Shown piece by piece: positions 24,771 through 33,076 of a stretch of DNA of 33,076 bases. The position numbers and the translations under genes are program-made. The DNA comes from a bacterium (GTDB lineage: Bacteria > UBP15 > UBA6099 > JAJRTR01). Position 1 is the stretch's first letter; every line of letters begins with the position of its first letter. The stretch covers positions 1 to 33,076 of the forward strand of contig JAJRTR010000055.1 of the NCBI GenBank assembly GCA_024278215.1, written 5' to 3'. Under the pieces are notes generated by a model. It saw only the letters and a list, made by a program, of their open reading frames with translations. It had not been told where the DNA came from and searched no databases.

Positions 24771-26975
24771 TCATGGGCATGAAAACGGGACATAGCGAGC
24801 ATCGAAGGTTTTAACACCTTTACCCGGGAATGCAACAAGGACTTCTATGCCTCGCGTACTGACGACACAGCCTTCGCCGAATTCAGGGTGAACAACACGC
24901 TGTCCGGGGTAATAGCCGGAGGCTGGCGATATCGTTTCATGCCTGTGTCGCAACGGGACATCCTGTGAAACGAAACCGCCCGAAACGGGAATATCTTCGT
25001 CATTGTCGAAGAAACTCTCGCCGCCGCCCGATGCGCGTGCGCCGCTTATTTCCTCAAAATGTTCGGGTCCGATCTCACCTATGAATCTCGACGGGGCGTT
25101 GTGCGTTACCCTGCCGAATAGGAGCCTCGATCTGCAACTTGTGAGATAGAGCAATTCCCTGGCTCTTGTGATCCCGACATACATTAGCCGCCGTTCTTCC
25201 TCGACTTCTTCATTCTCTTCGATAGAAGTCTTGTGCGGGAGCAGGCCCTCTTCCACGCCCGCGATGAAAACAACCGGAAATTCCAGCCCCTTTGCGCTGT
25301 GCAGTGTGATCAGTTTCACCTGCCCTTCAGTAAACTCATCGACATCGGTATCCGAGGTTAGAGTAACGCGCGAAAGGAAACCGGAGAGGTCTATGTGTGC
25401 CGCTTCCTTTTCATATTCTACGGCGAGAGATTTCAATTCGAGAGCATTTTCGAGTCTGCTTTCCGTGCCTTCTTTTTGCGCGAGTTCGCGGAGATGCTTC
25501 TCGAAACCCGTCTCCTGCATAAGTTTGGAAATCAGAGCGCTGATACCTTCAGAGGCACTCGCTGCCCTGAGTTTACGCAACGTCTTCAGCAACCCGGCGG
25601 CCTTTGCGGGCAACTGCGGGTGTGGTTTTCCGTCATCGCCGATGAGGCGCAACACATCGCCTTCGGCACGTGCGAGCGCTTCGATTTTCTCAATCGTTTT
25701 TGGCCCGACGCCGCGTTTGGGCACATTTGCAATGCGTGCATACGAGCCGAGGTCCTGTGGGTTCTCGATCACGCGCAGATATGCGATAAGGTCCTTTATT
25801 TCCTTGCGCTGATAGAAACCGGTCGCGCCGATCAACTGGTAAGGAACTCCCATCCGCCGGAAAGTGTCCTCGAAAACACGGGTCTGTGCCTTCGTGCGGA
25901 ACATTACGGCCATATCTTTCAACTGGTAGCCTTCGTCGAGAAGCGAGTCGATCTCGAGCGCGACAAACTGCGCCTCTTCCCGTTCGTCCCACGGTGAATT
26001 CAGCCGCACTTTATCGCCGGCGCCGAGTTCCGACCACAGTTTTTTCTCCTGGCTGCTCATATTATTAACGATAAGCGCATTGGCGGCATCAAGTATGCTT
26101 TGTCGCGAACGGTAGTTCTGTTCGAGGGTGACGACTTTTACGTTGTTGAAATCCTCCTCGTAGGACAGCATGTTGCCGACATCCGCGCCGCGCCAGCCGT
26201 ATATCGACTGATCAAGGTCGCCGACGACGGTAATATTCCCATCGGGCATCGCGAGATGTTTCAATATCTCATACTGCGGTCTGTTCGTGTCCTGATATTC
26301 GTCCACAAGAATGAAGCCGAACCTGCGCCTGTATTTCTCGCGGACGTCCGGGAATGTCTCGAATATTTCGTTAGTCTTCAGGAGCAGATCGTCGAAATCG
26401 AGCGCGTTGTTGTGCATCAGATTGTTCTCGTATCGCTCGACAATCTTTGCCAGGTGGTCGGAAAGCGGATCGTTTATTCCGACGAACTCTTCCGGCGAAT
26501 TCCCGAAGTTTTTTGACGAAGAAATGAAATGTTTTATTCTACCGGGCGCAAACTGAGCCGAGGCGGGAAGTTTCAGTTGCTTGAGGATTTTCTTTATGCA
26601 GCTTCGCGAGTCGTCTTCGTCGTAGATAGTAAAAGAGCTTTTATAGTCGCCGAGCTGTTCTATCTCCCTGCGCAGTATGAGATTGCAGAAAGAATGGAAG
26701 GTTGAAATCGTAACTCCTTCCGCATGCTCGCCGGCGAGAAGCACCGCGCGCGCTTTCATTTCTTCGGCGGCCTTGTTGGTGAAAGTGAGTGCGAGAATGT
26801 TCCAGGGTTTCACGCCGAGAGCACTTATGAGATAAGCTATTCTGTAAGTGATGACCCTTGTTTTTCCTGTGCCCGCACCTGCAAGAATCAGCAATGGGCC
26901 GGTAAAATGTTCGACTGACTCCGCCTGCTGAGGATTAAGTCTATCGAGTAGTTCCTTCGCTTTCGTGTTCATCAT
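24771..26975 (-). CDS. pcrA: ATP-dependent DNA helicase PcrA/UvrD (SF1A)
   Basis: LNPQQ, AGAGTGKT, TFTNKAA, DEYQDTN, GDLDQSIYGWRGA, LEQNYRS, TLHSAKGLEF, EERRLMYVGITRA, C-terminal HPEFGEG Tudor-like domain. Confidence 0.93.
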   Translation of the reverse strand: MMNTKAKELLDRLNPQQAESVEHFTGPLLILAGAGTGKTRVITYRIAYLISALGVKPWNILALTFTNKAAEEMKARAVLLAGEHAEGVTISTFHSFCNLILRREIEQLGDYKSSFTIYDEDDSRSCIKKILKQLKLPASAQFAPGRIKHFISSSKNFGNSPEEFVGINDPLSDHLAKIVERYENNLMHNNALDFDDLLLKTNEIFETFPDVREKYRRRFGFILVDEYQDTNRPQYEILKHLAMPDGNITVVGDLDQSIYGWRGADVGNMLSYEEDFNNVKVVTLEQNYRSRQSILDAANALIVNNMSSQEKKLWSELGAGDKVRLNSPWDEREEAQFVALEIDSLLDEGYQLKDMAVMFRTKAQTRVFEDTFRRMGVPYQLIGATGFYQRKEIKDLIAYLRVIENPQDLGSYARIANVPKRGVGPKTIEKIEALARAEGDVLRLIGDDGKPHPQLPAKAAGLLKTLRKLRAASASEGISALISKLMQETGFEKHLRELAQKEGTESRLENALELKSLAVEYEKEAAHIDLSGFLSRVTLTSDTDVDEFTEGQVKLITLHSAKGLEFPVVFIAGVEEGLLPHKTSIEENEEVEEERRLMYVGITRARELLYLTSCRSRLLFGRVTHNAPSRFIGEIGPEHFEEISGARASGGGESFFDNDEDIPVSGGFVSQDVPLRHRHETISPASGYYPGQRVVHPEFGEGCVVSTRGIEVLVAFPGKGVKTFDARYVPFSCP

Positions 26976-27186
26976 CTTCCACAATCCATTTGACTTTTTG
27001 TCCGAATTCGTTGGACTCGTTCAGGGGCTTGAGTTTTATATCATGTATGTATTTTGTATATGAAGCGCCGATCTCTCTTCGCTTTGCAATATGCCTGAGA
27101 ACAGAAAAAACAATGAGCACTCCACCCAGGAAAAGCAAAAGCATTCTAAATGAAGATTCCTCTCTGATTAAGTCAAGCATTCTCAA
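26941..27186 (-). CDS. Small single-TM membrane protein (hypothetical), overlapping the pcrA start
   Basis: Hydrophobic helix MLLLFLGGVLIVFSVL followed by basic residues; co-oriented with pcrA. Confidence 0.45.
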   Translation of the reverse strand: MRMLDLIREESSFRMLLLFLGGVLIVFSVLRHIAKRREIGASYTKYIHDIKLKPLNESNEFGQKVKWIVEDDEHESEGTTR

Positions 27187-27411
27187 ACCGTCCCTTTTAT
27201 TTATCCAGGTTAAATTCTATCAGAAAATCGCTGCATAATCATCAGCACTGCGGTATATAGTGACTGAACGAAAACCTGCACCTTCCGAAAAGCGCGCAAA
27301 GCGCCTGCTATCTTTTTTATCCTCAGTCAACAATGCACTGCATTGCTTCCTTCGTCCACCTCGATATCGAACACATATAAAAGGGAAGCTTACCGTTTTT
27401 TCAAGTACCGA

Positions 27412-27588
27412 CCTAACCCGGCAAGGCTGAAACCAAAAAGACCGCATTTTCGTGCCCGAACAAATTCGGTTTGAGCACGGCAAACAGAGTTTCATCATTC
27501 CCAAGGTCAACATTGGAAACGACTGTAACTGGAAGCTACAGCTTTCACCGATCTCTTTTCAGCATTTCTTTGTGAGAAATCCGGGTTA
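27412..27588 (-). repeat. Repeat family B copy 3 (inverted), with a C-type terminal module
   Basis: Core aligns with B1 and B2; its end reads TAACCCGGATTTCTCACAAAGAAATGC instead of CGTAGGATGGTAAAGAAATGC. Confidence 0.85.
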
Positions 27589-27751
27589 AAGTCAATACCG
27601 TTTACTTAAGAGGGGATGGGTATCAATATTCGCGATAAATACAGGCTTTTTTGCGTATCATTGTTGTTAAAGTAAAAGGTATTGGGGTTAAAGTATGCCT
27701 GCGGGAATTTATTTCGTTCGTCTTCGCTTCGAACAAAATATTGCAACAGGC

Positions 27752-28183
27752 TCACCAGCCTTTTCTTTTTAATATGTTGCGCACCAGTTCTTCCGATTGT
27801 TTCTGGATTATAACCATTCTATTTATCTTGGCCTCCTTGATCATCTCCAGGAGTTTCTCGATATTCACCGGTTTTTCCAGAAAATCTTTCGCGCCGAGTT
27901 TCATCGCCTCGACCCCGTTTTGCACAGTGGCGTGTCCGGTAAGCATGATGACCTGCAAATTTTCATCGAGTTGCAGCATTCTTTTCAACGTTTCAAGTCC
28001 GTCTATACCGGGCATCATCATGTCAAGCACCACAACATCGAAGTCTTCCCTTTCCACAAGTTCCAGTGCTTCCAATCCGTTCGATGCAGTTAATACTTCG
28101 ATGTCTCTCAGACACATGCGTTCTGAAAGCGCTTCAATGTAATCGCTCTCATCATCAACCAGTAATATTTTTCCTTCCGACAT
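27752..28183 (-). CDS. Single-domain response regulator
   Basis: LLVDDE, LDMMMPGIDG, LTGH, KP. Confidence 0.92.
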   Translation of the reverse strand: MSEGKILLVDDESDYIEALSERMCLRDIEVLTASNGLEALELVEREDFDVVVLDMMMPGIDGLETLKRMLQLDENLQVIMLTGHATVQNGVEAMKLGAKDFLEKPVNIEKLLEMIKEAKINRMVIIQKQSEELVRNILKRKGW

Positions 28184-28248
28184 AACGTGGCTCCTCTGCT
28201 ATGTTAAGTTTGTTGATACGGTTTTTCGCGTTATGATACCGGGCATAC

Positions 28249-28929
28249 TTACGGCAAGTCAGGTATTATAAGTATAATCTCCCTGATTTTATCCTGTTCT
28301 TTTACAAGTTCGAACCGGCCGCCAAGGTATTCCATTATGACTTTCAGCAATGGAATTCTTTCCTTCACTTCGTCAGTAGCAGGGAAAGGGGCGCCGCTCC
28401 TAACAGTAATCCTGCATACGGAGTCATCTTTTTCAAGAGCAACGGTTATTGTTTCGTGTTCGCCGGCCGCCGAAACAGCGGCCTCGATGCAGATGAATAC
28501 CGAGTGTTGCAGGGAGAAGGGGTCTGTGTTCAGGCAAACAGGCACCTGCGGGAACCTGGTTTCGAGTTCGATTTCTTTGCGGGAAGCGAAGCGACGGCTA
28601 AGGACCACAAGGTTATCGAGAAGTTCTCCGAGGTCAATAACTTTAACGGGATCGTCCGCGCTGTGAGCGAAGCGGTTGAAGTGTTTAATGATGTTTTCGC
28701 CCCTGCGGGCACTTTGCATGATCTTGTTATTGATGGTTTCAATTTTGTCCGAATCCAGGGACCTGCCTTTTCGGGCCGCACACATATAATCCGACATGAG
28801 CCCTGACATCTCACCCATCATAGCAATAATATTATTTATCTCGTGCGAAAAGGAAGCTGAAATTGAGCCGAAAAAAGCCAGGCTTTTCTCTTTTAGAACC
28901 TGCTCCCTATCGTGTAGTGATTCATTCAT
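28249..28929 (-). CDS. Sensor-less histidine kinase-like protein with a degenerate ATPase domain (putative phosphotransferase)
   Basis: H-box SHEINN intact; N, G1 and G2 boxes not recognisable; ATGA overlap with the upstream regulator at 28926-28929. Confidence 0.75.
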   Translation of the reverse strand: MNESLHDREQVLKEKSLAFFGSISASFSHEINNIIAMMGEMSGLMSDYMCAARKGRSLDSDKIETINNKIMQSARRGENIIKHFNRFAHSADDPVKVIDLGELLDNLVVLSRRFASRKEIELETRFPQVPVCLNTDPFSLQHSVFICIEAAVSAAGEHETITVALEKDDSVCRITVRSGAPFPATDEVKERIPLLKVIMEYLGGRFELVKEQDKIREIILIIPDLP

Positions 28930-29297
28930 TTGCCACACCTCATGGCTTCGTGCATCTTTTGTATCAATGTGTCGATCCTGACCGGCTTGACGATGTAGTC
29001 GAACGCTCCGTGCTTCAGACTGTTTTCACAGTCTTTCGCATCGCTTAACCCGGTGAGCAGAATGATCTGTGTTTCGGGCCGCAACCGCCTGATATTCACA
29101 AGGACATCCATTCCATTCATTCCGGGCATCATTACATCCAACAGCACTATATCGTAATCTTTTTCCTTAATGCGATTCAGGGCCTGATCTCCGCTCAGAA
29201 CATATTCCACGTCTATATCCCGAAGTGCCAGCCGCTCTTCGAGCGTGGAGACCAGTTCCTCCTCGTCATCAACAAGTAAAACCCGCATCCGAGCCAT
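28926..29297 (-). CDS. Single-domain response regulator
   Basis: LLVDDE, LDVMMPGMNG, LTG, KP. Confidence 0.92.
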   Translation of the reverse strand: MARMRVLLVDDEEELVSTLEERLALRDIDVEYVLSGDQALNRIKEKDYDIVLLDVMMPGMNGMDVLVNIRRLRPETQIILLTGLSDAKDCENSLKHGAFDYIVKPVRIDTLIQKMHEAMRCGK

Positions 29298-29306
29298 GTG
29301 TTCCCC

Positions 29307-31022
29307 CTAATGTTGTGCTGTTATCGGCAGTGTCAAAGTGAAGCTTGTTCCACGCTCTTTATCACTTTCAACTTCGATTTTACCCTTAAGTTTTTTAATT
29401 ATGCCATAAGTGATGGAAAGGCCAAGCCCGGTTCCTTTATTCTTGGTGGTATAGAACGGCTCGAAAATGTGATCGAGGTCATTCTCTGATATACCCGGTC
29501 CGTTATCGGAAACCACTATGGTGATACTGTCTTCTTCTCTCTGTTCGACAAGAATACCGACACGGCCACCCCTTTCCACAGCCTCCAGTGAATTATTGAG
29601 CAAGTTCAAGAACACCTGTTGAAGCTGTCCCTTGTCGCTCTTTATGGAAGGAAGATCATCCTGGAAAAAAGTTTGAATCTGGATATTTCTGAAAGACGCC
29701 TCTTTTTCCAGGAAACCCAGCACCTCTTTTATCAATAAAACCAGATCGATGGTCTGTGTACTCACGTCGAAATGTTTTGCGAACCCCAGAAGCCTGTGAG
29801 TTATCGCAGAACATCGTTCCACGGAATTGATGATGGAATCGAGAAGGGTCGAGAATTTTTCCTTATGCACAAAGTCGTCGGCTCCCGCGATTAAGTCCTG
29901 CATCAGTCCCGCTTTTTCGTTGATAATGGCAAGAGGATTGTTTATCTCGTGCGCCACGCCAGCGGCCAGGCGACCGATAGACGCCATCTTGCTCGAATAC
30001 TCGATTTTATGAAGCGCCTTGTCCTGTCTTTCGTCCGCTTCCCGGATGCGGGTCACAAGAACCGACGATATGGCCATCGTAAGCGCCACGATTACTACTA
30101 TGCTTCCAAGCAGAAAACCGATGAGCCAGTTTCTCAGGTTCAACCAGTTCCGCATCAGGTCCGGAGACCGCCTCGTTATTATGAAAATGAAAGGTGTGTT
30201 TACAATATAAGCGTAGCTTAAGATATACTCGCCACTGTCGGGGCTGTCCATCTTTACAACCCTTGTGGTCAGGACACGTTCCGGAACCGGGACAGGAGAT
30301 TTTTCGAGAACCCTCTTGCCGAACCGTGTGTTGGTCTGGAGAATCCCCTGGGTGTTTATGATGAAAGCGTCGGTGGAATCGTCCTTTTCGAATTGCGGTA
30401 TCTGCCCGGTCAGTATGTCCATGTTGATAGTTGCACGCAAAACATAGGGAACCCCTTTATAGCTTACGTGTCTTACCGCTATAACGAAATGGGGCTTTTG
30501 CCTGAAACCCAGAAACACGTCGCTGATGTATACACCATTGATTTGAACTTCATTAAACCATTTCTCGTCGGCGTAGTTGACCCCAATCAGTTTTTTACTG
30601 TAGGGACCAACATAGGAGAGGACTTCACCATTGTTGTCGATCAGGGCCAGATCGACATAGTGCTTGAAAGAATTATCAAGATGTTTTATGACGGTGTTGA
30701 GTCGCACCTCGTCGCTCAACTCTTCGACAGTTTTGTCTTCAACGATATATATCAGCGCATTTTTGCGTTCCTCGAGTGAGTATTCGAGTGCGTGTTTGGT
30801 TGTTGAGACAAAACGGTGCATGGGATACATGATTTCGTCTTTGAGGGTTCTCTGATACTGAATGTAATTTACGACGGTCATGATAAGCAAGGGGGAAATC
30901 GAAACTATTACCGTTATAAGTACGGAGGAAACCCATATACGCTTGTAGCGAGTTTTCTTAAATTTGTCGTTGGACTCGTTTCCCCAGACTACCTGCTTCA
31001 ACCTGCGTGAAAAATTTTTCAA
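29307..31022 (-). CDS. Membrane sensor histidine kinase (periplasmic Cache-like domain, NtrB-type kinase core)
   Basis: Two TM helices, ISDVFLGFR..PHF, AHEINNPL, NLLNNS, DNGPG, FEPFYTTK, GTGLGL. Confidence 0.92.
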   Translation of the reverse strand: MKNFSRRLKQVVWGNESNDKFKKTRYKRIWVSSVLITVIVSISPLLIMTVVNYIQYQRTLKDEIMYPMHRFVSTTKHALEYSLEERKNALIYIVEDKTVEELSDEVRLNTVIKHLDNSFKHYVDLALIDNNGEVLSYVGPYSKKLIGVNYADEKWFNEVQINGVYISDVFLGFRQKPHFVIAVRHVSYKGVPYVLRATINMDILTGQIPQFEKDDSTDAFIINTQGILQTNTRFGKRVLEKSPVPVPERVLTTRVVKMDSPDSGEYILSYAYIVNTPFIFIITRRSPDLMRNWLNLRNWLIGFLLGSIVVIVALTMAISSVLVTRIREADERQDKALHKIEYSSKMASIGRLAAGVAHEINNPLAIINEKAGLMQDLIAGADDFVHKEKFSTLLDSIINSVERCSAITHRLLGFAKHFDVSTQTIDLVLLIKEVLGFLEKEASFRNIQIQTFFQDDLPSIKSDKGQLQQVFLNLLNNSLEAVERGGRVGILVEQREEDSITIVVSDNGPGISENDLDHIFEPFYTTKNKGTGLGLSITYGIIKKLKGKIEVESDKERGTSFTLTLPITAQH

Positions 31023-31033
31023 TAGTCCTGAAA

Positions 31034-32287
31034 TTATTTCTCACCTCTCAAGTCTCCCGAAGGTTCGTTATCCTCATTCCTGTTTCGCACCTTGCTGTAG
31101 GCGGCTTTCATTATCTCGGAGAGTTTTTCAATATTCACAGGCTTTTCCAGGTAGGCGAATGCGCCCAGCTCCCCGGCAAGTTCCCTGTCTTTTTCCGTGC
31201 CATGTCCCGTCAGGATTATAACCTCGATTTCAGGATGTTCGATTTTGAGCTTACGCAACACATCAATACCATCGATGCCGGGCATGCGCAGGTCCAGCAA
31301 CATGACTTCAGGCTCGTCGGTTTCGATCATGGACAGGGCCTGCTCTCCGTTCTGTGCCATAGCAGTGCCGAAGTCTCTCATCTGCAACCGCTCGGATAAT
31401 GTCTCCACGAACTGGGCTTCGTCGTCGACAAGCAGGACTTTCTGTGGAAGTTCGAAACTCTGCCTGCGGTAGATATCTGCTTTGTGAAAGCCGGGGCCTA
31501 CCTTGCAGCTTACCGTTTCGACGCCCGCCACACGGGATGCGATATCACACAATTCCCTTTTAATGTGTTCCAGACGCAGGACACGCTTGTTTATGATTAT
31601 TGTAACATTGCCGTTTTCGCAGTCGACGTCGGTGTCGAGATGTCCCTCCAGCGCAAGTTCCACATGCACATTTGACGCAAGTACAAAATCTTCCATGGCT
31701 TTTTGCGACTCACTTGTAGTTTTTACAACATTTTTCAGCGCGTTTTCGCATATTATATCAACAGCTTCAGCTATGGACTTCTTGTGCATTGGCAGTTTGA
31801 CGTCATAGAGGCTGCTGTCCCATGGACTTTTCCCGTGCAATTCCTGCGACCAGTTCGCGGCTTCAAGATCATCTTTTCGGACAGCGCGTTCGGCTTCCTT
31901 CACGGATTTATACTTTCCACACTCCACTGCCGACGATATTCTGAAGTCGCGTGACGCTGTGATACATACCCTCAGAATATGGCTTATATTTTCTGGTGCG
32001 AGCAGAGCTGGAAAACCGGCGAATACGATGTCGTCCCGGCTAAGATATTCGGCAAGGGCCGCTTTGATGTAAATAATATTCCGTTCTTTTTCACGCGTGA
32101 ATGGATTGAAAACCGATACCGGGCCGTGCATGGTACGCATGAGTTTTTCTGTTGTAACATTGAACCGCTTCGCGGCAAGGGCCAGAACCTCCGCACTCGC
32201 AGCGTCATATCCCAGCCTGTGGGCCACCCTGTCGGCAATCTTTTCTTCATTACTGTTTGATGCACTGAAAATCGTGATAATTGACAT
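31034..32287 (-). CDS. Cytidylate-kinase-like + BON-like + receiver-domain protein
   Basis: MSIITI...IADRVAHRLGY, LRVCITA and WDSSLYD (CMK-like); central BON-like segment; C-terminal LLVDDE...LDLRMPGIDG...LTGHG...KP; GAGGAG RBS. Confidence 0.8.
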   Translation of the reverse strand: MSIITIFSASNSNEEKIADRVAHRLGYDAASAEVLALAAKRFNVTTEKLMRTMHGPVSVFNPFTREKERNIIYIKAALAEYLSRDDIVFAGFPALLAPENISHILRVCITASRDFRISSAVECGKYKSVKEAERAVRKDDLEAANWSQELHGKSPWDSSLYDVKLPMHKKSIAEAVDIICENALKNVVKTTSESQKAMEDFVLASNVHVELALEGHLDTDVDCENGNVTIIINKRVLRLEHIKRELCDIASRVAGVETVSCKVGPGFHKADIYRRQSFELPQKVLLVDDEAQFVETLSERLQMRDFGTAMAQNGEQALSMIETDEPEVMLLDLRMPGIDGIDVLRKLKIEHPEIEVIILTGHGTEKDRELAGELGAFAYLEKPVNIEKLSEIMKAAYSKVRNRNEDNEPSGDLRGEK

Positions 32288-32379
32288 ATCACTCCTCGCT
32301 TATGTTTTATTTCGACGCAGTTCTTGCGCTGTACAGCCTTTTTACTGCCTGCACTTTTTCTGCTTCTTCCACTCTTATT

Positions 32380-32557
32380 GAGCCAATTGCAAAATTCTAA
32401 TTCTGCTGCGGTCGGCTGCTATTGTCCATAGCTGCGTTGTCGGCGCGAAATCGTCATCGACGTACTCTACAAGTACGCCTGCGAGGATTTCACACCTGCG
32501 CCTTGCTCTGAACAATTTCGCTCGACCTCGCTACGAACATAATTTTGCAATTGGCTC
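32380..32557 (+). mobile_element. Repeat family A copy 5
   Basis: 178 bp with a perfect 17-bp TIR GAGCCAATTGCAAAATT / AATTTTGCAATTGGCTC. Confidence 0.9.
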
Positions 32558-32876
32558 GTGCATTATAAACGTAACTATACGTATGAAATTCTAAATAATA
32601 GATGCTATAAACCCAATTTCATGACACTTACCGTAAAGGCAGTAATATAAATTATATGTTTATATTACATAAATATGTGTTATAATAGTATATAGTGCAA
32701 TATATGTGCGCAAACGCCGATTTTACGTGTTTTATTGCGAGAAATCCGTTTTAAGCGTATGCGCTTGAGTTTTTACAGACAACTCCGAAAAATGACAATT
32801 ATAAAAAATGGGAAACGTTAAAAAGCATAGAATCCGCGTCAATATCGCGATTTTAAATATTCTCAAAAGGCTCCCG

Positions 32877-33076
32877 ATGAAACTTCTGTTTCGTGCCTGT
32901 ATCATGCTTTTCATAACTATGTGTTTTTCCCTGACGGCAGTGCCCCTTATCGGGGACGAGTTGCCGGGGACGTTCGATGCCGGCTGGAATCTCGTTTCCC
33001 TGCCGTTCGAACTTGACGGCGCAAATATATGCGAGGAATTCAGCGGAGCCACACTCGCGGCGCTGAGTCGCGGGAA
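32877..33076 (+). CDS. 5' part of a secreted protein (runs off the window)
   Basis: Open frame MKLLFRACIMLFITMCFSLTAVPLIGDELPGTFDAGWNLVSLP...; signal peptide and GWNLVSLP motif seen in many extracellular proteins. Confidence 0.65.
   Translation, partial: MKLLFRACIMLFITMCFSLTAVPLIGDELPGTFDAGWNLVSLPFELDGANICEEFSGATLAALSRG

Noticed and set aside
1-33076. CRISPR array or integron cassette array as an explanation for the repeats
   Set aside because: Repeats are 150-240 bp, dispersed and in both orientations, with no regular spacers, no cas or intI gene, and no consistent attC RYYYAAC/GTTRRRY boundaries around single genes.

Overview
Bacterial chromosomal window (about 50% GC in genes, AT-rich intergenic regions) with roughly 27 supportable CDSs. 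Housekeeping genes: lysS, greA, a PcrA/UvrD helicase and an Xaa-Pro peptidase. Scattered metabolic genes: GH4 glycosidase, XylF-like binding protein, IolD-like ThDP enzyme, gamma-CA, GlcD-like oxidase, HIT hydrolase, FGGY kinase and DUF89 phosphatase. Also present are an orphan SPPY-type DNA methyltransferase, several Cys-rich or secreted proteins, and a five-gene two-component/phosphorelay operon. I found no rRNA, tRNA, CRISPR array or transposase. The most unusual content is non-coding. (i) Five copies of a 178-bp fold-back MITE/ERIC-like element carry compensatory base changes. (ii) A second modular repeat family (3 copies) and a third ERIC-like element share and swap terminal modules, and two elements supply gene stop codons. 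(iii) GTAG-type REPs are present. (iv) A candidate ~65-nt sRNA has an anti-RBS seed perfectly complementary over 12 nt to the start of the porin gene in this window. (v) CTAG is almost absent, matching a methyltransferase that resembles CTAG-specific m4C enzymes. All calls are from motif recognition by eye; no database searches were run.
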